A stretch of 64,000 bases of DNA from a virus. Position numbers and translations under genes: made by a program. Within the stretch, counting starts at the first letter, position 1. Each line of letters starts with the position of its first letter. This document shows positions 46,950 to 54,600 of the stretch, in pieces. The notes beneath the pieces are model-generated. The model worked only from the letters and a program-made list of their open reading frames with translations, had not been told where the DNA came from and searched no databases. Where the stretch lies: IMG/VR virus record IMGVR_UViG_3300036760_000327, positions 32,001 through 96,000 of that record; one strand, given 5' to 3'.

Positions 46950-48196
46950 TTAATTTTTTTCTCTAATACAGCGATCCTATTATTCAAATCTGATACCAAT
47001 AAAGCTAAAGTTTCTACAGTTATTTGAGGATGATTAGTTGGCCCAGTATAATTTGCATTATAACAATCACAACTAAATCTTTCGCCTTGATATGGCATGC
47101 AACTTACATCCTTTGTATTTTCCACCATTCTCTCTTTATAATATTGGGATACTCTTTTTTGCATCTCAACATATCTACATACCTGAAAATAAGGTTTAGT
47201 AATATCTTTATTAAAATCCCAGTTTACCATATAGCACCCGCCCCAGCACGGACTTGTTCCCCAGCATCCCTTACCTTTACATTCAGGCTCAAAATTAATA
47301 AATTTCTCCCGAATTTCTGGTTTAGTAATCCCTTGGTCAATATGTCCTAAACATAATTCTTGTTCTATAAAAGGTCGATTATCATTAAATTTTTCGGCAC
47401 GATGACAACTAAAAATATATCCCTCATGATTAATATGACAATAATTACGACCACTTCCGCAGGGCCAGCGGCTATTATCTGGACCAATATAGGATTTAAA
47501 ATGTTCTATTTCAACCTTTCTTCCTTTTAATTTAAGTTCTGCCATATAATCTACAACTTGTTTACATTGATTTTCCCATATATTCCATTTTTCTTCTGTC
47601 CAATTTGATTCGTAGACAGGCGAAAACATTAAATAATTACATCCAAGATCAAAAATATATTTACAATCTTCATAAAAATGATCTATTCTTTCAGCAAAAG
47701 GAGACATCCGTACTCTATAAAAGGGCCACTTGTTTAATATTTGCTTTAAATTTTTTTCTACAATTGCATGAGATCCAAAACCTTGTTTTGTCTTTCTATG
47801 ATAATCATGTGTTTCTTTTGTCCCGTCAAAACTGATCATAAAAAATATTTTATGTTCGTCTAAGAAAGAAAAACGCTCTGGAACTAACAAAGTTCCATTA
47901 GTTGTGCCTCCAAATTGAATAGGAATAGCTGTTCTTTTCGACATGTCTTCTGCATATAGTGTAATATCTTTTAATAAATCCCACTTTAATAAAGGCTCGC
48001 CCCCCCAAAAAGAAATTTCAACTTGTCGTTCATTTTCATCCGCCAATAAAGCATTAGTAAATAACCATTCTATTGCTTTAAACGCTATTTCTTTGGACAT
48101 ATCCCCTTCTGTGCAACCATAAGTAAAGCACGGATAAGTACACCTAAGATTACACGAACGAGTTAAATTAAAAGAAGCCCGAGTTAAATTATACAT
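46946..48196 (-). CDS. Radical SAM/SPASM-domain enzyme with atypical Cx3Cx3C motif
   Basis: CNLRCTYPC, FWGGEPLL, TTNGTL, ISFDG; SPASM CGSG...FSCH...CKGKGC...CWGGC...C. Confidence 0.9.
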   Translation of the reverse strand: MYNLTRASFNLTRSCNLRCTYPCFTYGCTEGDMSKEIAFKAIEWLFTNALLADENERQVEISFWGGEPLLKWDLLKDITLYAEDMSKRTAIPIQFGGTTNGTLLVPERFSFLDEHKIFFMISFDGTKETHDYHRKTKQGFGSHAIVEKNLKQILNKWPFYRVRMSPFAERIDHFYEDCKYIFDLGCNYLMFSPVYESNWTEEKWNIWENQCKQVVDYMAELKLKGRKVEIEHFKSYIGPDNSRWPCGSGRNYCHINHEGYIFSCHRAEKFNDNRPFIEQELCLGHIDQGITKPEIREKFINFEPECKGKGCWGTSPCWGGCYMVNWDFNKDITKPYFQVCRYVEMQKRVSQYYKERMVENTKDVSCMPYQGERFSCDCYNANYTGPTNHPQITVETLALLVSDLNNRIAVLEKKIK

Positions 48197-48207
48197 CTTG
48201 TACCTTT

Positions 48208-49281
48208 TTACTTATGAGATATTTGAGTTGGTGGTCCTTTACTTGATGGTGGCAACGCATTTCCCAAAGGCAATAAAGTATCAATATAATCTAATACACC
48301 TCCGGGCTGGTAGAAAAAATTAATATCCTCTTGGGATAGGCCAGCAAATGGATTTACTCCCATGTATGAAATTAAAGGCCCACTTACATCACCCCCGACA
48401 ATACCCCTTCCAGGAGTATAATATGCCGATATCAATGATTTTTCCCCCCCAGCTCCTTTTCCTAAACTAGCTGGTTGATTAGCTTTATCTCTTGCTTCTA
48501 ATATCTTCCACCATTTTTCAAGAGGAGAACCAACGGGAGGAGTCCATGGTGTAAGCGTATCAAGGCTTTCGCTTTGATATCCTCCTTGACCTATTAGTTC
48601 CATCAATCCATGGGGAGAGAACAATTGTGAAGCGTAAGGCGCCCAATCTTGCAAATACCATTGTGAACTAGCAGCATCGGTTGGTCGCGCCAACGTAGGA
48701 GCGGGCTTCCCATATCCAGCTTTTGTGGTAGGATCATATTCCTCTTTCCACGTTCCCTGGGACCCCCACCTAGGATCTAAATACTTTCTTTGCTGTGCTG
48801 CAAACCAGTCTGGTGATATTGGTTCATTTGCAAGAGGATCTTTACCGCCCAGAACACCCTGCAATAATCCTCCTAGTACAGAACCAACAAACGGAATAGC
48901 AGACAGATAGCTACTATATGGATTAGTAAAAGTATTTTGTCCTGCCATAAATGCTCCCAAACCACCTAGGGTTGCTCCTCCCAGAGAAGCGGCTGGCAGA
49001 ACGCCAAGTTGTTGTCCTACGGTAGAACCCAAATTACTAGTTATGTAATTCAAAGCCGGATTGCTATTAGGTATAGCTGTATTTAATATAGATGACAAAA
49101 AGCCAGGAGCACCGCCAGCTAAAGCCGCGGATAAATCTTGATTGCCCAATAATGTATTTCCTAAAACACTTCCAGCATATTTTCCAATAGGACTGGTATA
49201 TTTTCGTTCTTCTCCACCTAAAATATTTCCAAGTAATCCTCCTGCTGTGCTTCCAAGTTGGCTATAATTTATATTAACCAT
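48208..49281 (-). CDS. Gly-rich putative internal virion protein
   Basis: Gly/Leu amphipathic repeats; follows the adaptor gene. Confidence 0.5.
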   Translation of the reverse strand: MVNINYSQLGSTAGGLLGNILGGEERKYTSPIGKYAGSVLGNTLLGNQDLSAALAGGAPGFLSSILNTAIPNSNPALNYITSNLGSTVGQQLGVLPAASLGGATLGGLGAFMAGQNTFTNPYSSYLSAIPFVGSVLGGLLQGVLGGKDPLANEPISPDWFAAQQRKYLDPRWGSQGTWKEEYDPTTKAGYGKPAPTLARPTDAASSQWYLQDWAPYASQLFSPHGLMELIGQGGYQSESLDTLTPWTPPVGSPLEKWWKILEARDKANQPASLGKGAGGEKSLISAYYTPGRGIVGGDVSGPLISYMGVNPFAGLSQEDINFFYQPGGVLDYIDTLLPLGNALPPSSKGPPTQISHK

Positions 49282-49294
49282 TTTCTCCTTTGCC

Positions 49295-50008
49295 TTAATT
49301 ATTCATCTTGGTAATTCGTTTAAATTGTTCTACATTAAAATCTTTATAGGATTTCATTCGTACCATTACATCACTAGATTTCCTATCCTTTTCTCGTTTT
49401 ATCATTCGTTGAATCTCACTAGCATATACTCCAGCAAATTTTTGTGCTTTAGCATCATCCTCTAAGTATATAGCCCCACGTAAAACAGCCCCAAATATTA
49501 CAGCCTCAGTATGAAATGTGGATATATAATCATACTCGGCATCCAATGTCCAATCCGCTGGATTAGCATAATATTTTATAGTAAGGGTATAAGTAGCATC
49601 AGGAATAGGATATAAATCAAATTCCATACCTCGATCAATATAATAATCCGGTTCCCCTGTTTCAGATGAGCTCGTAGTAAATAATTTCTCTGGAGAACTA
49701 TCTGTAGATGCAATATCCGAATCACTACCATGAATTGAATCAAACTCATTTGGCAATATTCTAATTAATTTTTTAGTCCCAAGAAATATATTCAAATGAC
49801 CTAGATAGTCGGAAGGCAGTGCATATCTTGCAGTGCTGGCTGATACGGTAGCAGTAGATTCAGTGTATAAATAATTAAAATTATATTCTCCCGCCAGCGC
49901 TCTTCGTGCATCATTGATCCACTGCCCGATTTCGGTATCTATGTCTGTCCGATTGTCCAAATAGGATTTAACTCTGGTTTTTATAGTTCCAAAATCATTA
50001 AAACTCAC
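49295..50008 (-). CDS. Head-tail adaptor / tail tubular protein A-like
   Basis: WINDA, RYALPSDY, GEPDYY, LYPIPDATY. Confidence 0.7.
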   Translation of the reverse strand: MSFNDFGTIKTRVKSYLDNRTDIDTEIGQWINDARRALAGEYNFNYLYTESTATVSASTARYALPSDYLGHLNIFLGTKKLIRILPNEFDSIHGSDSDIASTDSSPEKLFTTSSSETGEPDYYIDRGMEFDLYPIPDATYTLTIKYYANPADWTLDAEYDYISTFHTEAVIFGAVLRGAIYLEDDAKAQKFAGVYASEIQRMIKREKDRKSSDVMVRMKSYKDFNVEQFKRITKMNN

Positions 50009-50066
50009 ATCAATTCTCCTTATAAAAAGGGCAGTTTATAGCCTCATGCCCAGGAGGATTGTCTGG

Positions 50067-50636
50067 TTAAATCTCCGATATATGTTTCTCCTTTTTATGA
50101 GCACCAAGTTCAATACCACTTCTAAATATTTCCCCGCAACCAGGAACAGGACATGTAAAAACCTTTTTAGGTTTTTCTGCCTTAACTTCCGGCGTGGCAA
50201 GTAACCGATCTAATTTTTCGGATAAAGAATTAAATTTCTCGCCAATCTTCTTGTCAATAATTTCTTCAATATTAACCACCGGATCTGGAACTCTTGCGGG
50301 AATATGAGATCTGGCCGCACTCAATAGAGGAGCAGATGCTGAATTAATTGTTGCTACAGCACCCGTAATCATCTCAATCGCAGGTTTAAAATATTCTGGA
50401 TGAGCAATCTTCCATTCTTTCTCGTCCTCTACTGCTGCAAACTTGATATTACAATAATCGTGCTTAAGCATTAATGCAATAGTATCAGGATCTTCAATCT
50501 CTATTCTTCCATTCATAAATTCGACTGTTTTTCCTGGAATTTGTACCCGCTGTCCATTAGCATCTAAAATATAAAAAGCGGGTTTCAATATTACTCGTAA
50601 TCGTTTTGCTTTTGCCATAAAAATCATCTTTGTCAC
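50067..50636 (-). CDS. Hypothetical protein with C-terminal C2H2 zinc finger
   Basis: FTCPVPGCGEIFRSGIELGAHKKEKH. Confidence 0.65.
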   Translation of the reverse strand: MTKMIFMAKAKRLRVILKPAFYILDANGQRVQIPGKTVEFMNGRIEIEDPDTIALMLKHDYCNIKFAAVEDEKEWKIAHPEYFKPAIEMITGAVATINSASAPLLSAARSHIPARVPDPVVNIEEIIDKKIGEKFNSLSEKLDRLLATPEVKAEKPKKVFTCPVPGCGEIFRSGIELGAHKKEKHISEI

Positions 50637-50645
50637 CGTTTCCTT

Positions 50646-51035
50646 TCACTCACCCATATCATCTCTTTTTAAGAGGTTTAGGCGCGTTTTTAATGGTTGT
50701 ACATAATCTTTAGGATCGTTGGTTGTGAATTTAAATTCTTGAAATTCGATACCAACTTCTGCCTGGTCCCTTTTGATAATCAAATGTGGAAGCATAATTT
50801 TTAATAGTCTATATGCTTGTTCATCTTTCCATTTTGCCCTAAATTGTCCCCCAGAAATTCTACCAATAATAGCATCAAACATTTGTAAGAATTTCATAAG
50901 TTCCGTATATTTAGAGGTGATCCATACATATAATGATGAATCAGATAAATTTTTCTTGTCTACAATTATCTTGATGCTCCCATGAATATCAAAAATTCCT
51001 GCCGTATAAGCAATTTCGGATCTATTGTACCTCAT
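50646..51035 (-). CDS. Free-standing LAGLIDADG endonuclease (degenerate motif)
   Basis: IAYTAGIFDIHGSI; LKIMLPHLIIKRDQA. Confidence 0.7.
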   Translation of the reverse strand: MRYNRSEIAYTAGIFDIHGSIKIIVDKKNLSDSSLYVWITSKYTELMKFLQMFDAIIGRISGGQFRAKWKDEQAYRLLKIMLPHLIIKRDQAEVGIEFQEFKFTTNDPKDYVQPLKTRLNLLKRDDMGE

Positions 51036-51059
51036 ATATCCTCCATTGAATTTTAAGTG

Positions 51060-51105
51060 CTGGAGGCTTCTGCTTTCTTTCGATTGCTTTTAATGAAGCC
51101 TCCAG
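51060..51105 (-). terminator. 11-bp inverted repeat between two endonuclease genes
   Basis: CTGGAGGCTTC (51060-70) pairs with GAAGCCTCCAG (51095-105). The loop is long and the U-tract weak, so it may be an RNA stabilising or processing hairpin instead. Confidence 0.35.
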
Positions 51106-51127
51106 GTTAAAGGTTAAAAACTAAATG

Positions 51128-51592
51128 CTAAAGACTCAGTTTTTTAAGTTCACTAAGTTTTACTCGCAAAGATTCTCGATAAACGATAGTATCTTCCGAT
51201 AGACCACGTGCACCATTAGATGTCCCCATTAAATCCTTATGTTTCTGTAAAGTTAAGCCAACCAAGGCTTCTTCTTTCTTTACAATTAAATAAGGTAAAA
51301 TCAATGTTAACATCTTTGCTGCCTTTCGATCCATCATAACTGCAACCCAGCATCGTTTCCAATGCGGTAATTGAGATTTCGCTGTACGCTCTCGAATATA
51401 AAATCCAAGTTCCTTAAGAAAAATCATCAATTTAGCAGATGTATTAGTAATTTGCAACTTCAATCGGTATCGCTTACTACGATAACCTTTATTAACTTTA
51501 GCTGCATTAATTCTAATACAACCCTCGCCATCTACAATCCCCGCAAGATATATTATCTTAGTGGTCGCTTCATCCATTGTAACCACCTCCAT
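51128..51592 (-). CDS. Free-standing LAGLIDADG homing endonuclease
   Basis: IYLAGIVDGEGCI; LILPYLIVKKEEA. The start may be the ATG near 51577 after GGAGG. Confidence 0.88.
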   Translation of the reverse strand: MEVVTMDEATTKIIYLAGIVDGEGCIRINAAKVNKGYRSKRYRLKLQITNTSAKLMIFLKELGFYIRERTAKSQLPHWKRCWVAVMMDRKAAKMLTLILPYLIVKKEEALVGLTLQKHKDLMGTSNGARGLSEDTIVYRESLRVKLSELKKLSL

Positions 51593-51619
51593 AATAAAAT
51601 ACTCAATGATTTCAATAAC

Positions 51620-54600
51620 TTAGCCGGTTACCCCGGTCAACAACCCGTGCTTTTCTTCGTTGTGGAATTCAAATCCGACTTCGCAGATGTATTGCAATTT
51701 GTTGCTGTCTTTTCAGACGAGTCAAACATTTCTGTTGACTTCTTAATGTTCCCATTAAGTTCGGACTGTGTCTTCTGATCATTAAGATCTGGGCTATGTA
51801 CAGTCTCTACAGGAATTATAAGATCATAAGTTCTATTAATTTTATCTACTTTTTTGATTAAAGAATTAAACGCTTTTGTATATTCTTTATCATGCACATA
51901 TCCATTGTCTTTAACTAATGTATTTCTATAATTTAAGAAACTACATATCAAATCAGCAATGGATTTTTTTAAGCCCACCATACATTTCCTAGTAATGTTT
52001 AAAATTCTATGAACATCATTAAACTTTGATATTACCAAACGGTAACATTGTCTAGTTCTTAGTCCATTTGGATTGGATACTGAATATATTTTAACTGGAT
52101 GCTCTAGTTCTTTCTCAAAAACTGATTTAGCCCAATTAATAATACCTATATCAGTATTACTAATCTCTATTCCAAGATGCGGCGAACTTAAACAATTCTC
52201 ACCAGTTCGTTTGTATGGTCTGCATACTCTAATTGAACCTTCTGATTCAATCAACATGCTTAATCTGGCGACGTCTTTAAGCTTCATAAAAAGCACCTCC
52301 TTGGCATGTCTTACGATCTGATTATTTCCCTCGGCGTTGTCCATTCTAGGACTTTCACCGATTAAATAGCCTTTTACAAGGACCAATTGTCGATCCTTCA
52401 CGAAATCGTCCCCTGGATGTTGAATATCAGCTTCCATGGTCACGTCTCTATTTTGTAAGAAACGATAGACCATTTCATCTAACTTCAATCCAAAGGCATA
52501 TCCACCATAAAGAGCGGTATTGCTAACAGAACCAGCATTCTCTAACATATAATCCTTAATCAGATTCAAGGTTCCATGAGGAGAAAGGTATTGCGCTATC
52601 GCAATTCCGTACGTTCTATCTTTGGGGTACATTTGAAGTTTTCCTTGTGCCCACTGGCTGATTACTGAAATAATCAGCGGGGATGCAAACAGATAAACTT
52701 CATCTCCACCAAAGCGCGTCACTGTCCTAATGAATGCCTCAAAATCTGCTTCAGTAAGGATTCCACCCACTGCTGTAACGTTAGTGTTGATAAAGAAATC
52801 AGCTCCACCAGATGTCCGTCTAGCATGGGTAATAGTAGAATCTAATCCCGAAGAAGTGTCTTCTAATCTTTCTCCGTACAAAGCCATTCGCTCGATGTCG
52901 CGCATAAGCTCGATGCCTTTAACTTTCCGCTCGTATGCACGGTAATTTCCGCCATCAATTGTGTTATTCTGAATCCTTAAGATTCAACTCTTTGCATCGC
53001 TGCAAAGTTCGGACTGTATCATCATCCATCCCTAATGGAATGGATGCCTTACGTGCGGTCTCTGAGGAAATATATTTAGGTTTGCGCTGTATTTCATACC
53101 GTTCAAACCAACGATTAATTTGTTCTTCAGAAATTGTTTTTCGTAAATTCGTATAGCCTTGTTGTTGCCTCCACTTAATATATTCTAGCAAAAACATAGC
53201 TAAGTATTTCTTATTTCGCAAATAGGGTAAAATAGCATTTAAAAACTTTTTACAGGTATTTAGCCCATTTGATTCGATCTTAAGAGCCATATTCCATTTT
53301 TTATTTCTAAGATTATTCTTTTGCAAACTAAAATGAAAGTTAATGCTTAAAGCATACAAAATATTACTAATTTCCTTAATCATTATTTCATCACAGTTCG
53401 TAACAGAAATACCTGTCGCTATCCATCCATATTTATGACCGGATGATTTATCCATATCTTTCTTTCTGAAAAACATGATGGAACCTTCTCCATCAATAAT
53501 ACCAGCTAACCAAGCTAAATCGGTATCTTTTATAATCATTTTATATCTCCTGCTGATTAACCCCACCTTTCTCTTTTACCAAACAGGTGGAAAGGATACT
53601 GGGTTTTTCCAGCATTTTATAAGGTTTTCATTATATCATTACTGATATACGCTGCATGCCTTATACAGCTCGGAATTTAACATAGTATTAGTCACCTCAA
53701 CGGATTTTCTAATAGTCTGTAAATAGTTATAGACTCTTGCGGCTTTGCGACTCTTTGTATAAAGAGCAGTAGAAGGAGATCCTTCTTCAAAGGCTGCACC
53801 GATGATCACCATCGTTGCTGCATTGGCTGCCGAGGCCGCGGCTGTAGCACCATAAGCTCTAATAGCTGTTACAGCGCACGCTGCTGTAGCTGTTACTAAA
53901 ATAACTTCGCCGGTTGAAGGAATTTTAACCAAGTCATACTTGTTAAAATAATTACCTTCGCCCGAGGCTACAGTTAATCCAGTAGCTGCTGACGTAGCAG
54001 AAGCTGCTAATGAAGACCAACTCGGATTAAGATCCAGATGTGTATTCTAGTCATTACTGACTAGCTCGGACTTTATCATCATCTTGCGATGTTTCACGTA
54101 AAGTCTCTGAGGAACGGAGTTTTGTCAAATCAAGTACGCTATTAGCCAATCGTGGAAGATGTAACATATTATATCTTTCTGCTTTTGCGAGTTTATGTTT
54201 CTCTATTAACTGATTAACATAATCTCGATCAATATAATCTTTATATCTCCCATCAGGTCCGCGGTTTTTTATTAATTGTTCGCGATAATTTGCGTATTCT
54301 AGCATGATATCTACTTCTGCTTGTTTGGTTTTTAAGTAAGGACGTATCATTTCTATTAATTTTCTACAACTCCCCGTACTATTACAAACTATTGTAATAG
54401 CATGATTTTGTTTACCGTGTAAATTATAAGCATTAATAGTATAATGAAATTTTAGTCCTAACTTATGCCACATTTCACTAACAGCTCTAATCATATATGG
54501 ATTAGTATTACAAACCGTAACTATCATAGAGATAAATGTTGCCATATCACTCTTATTTAATTGTTTTCTTGATTGGTAACACAACATTAAACATCCTTCT

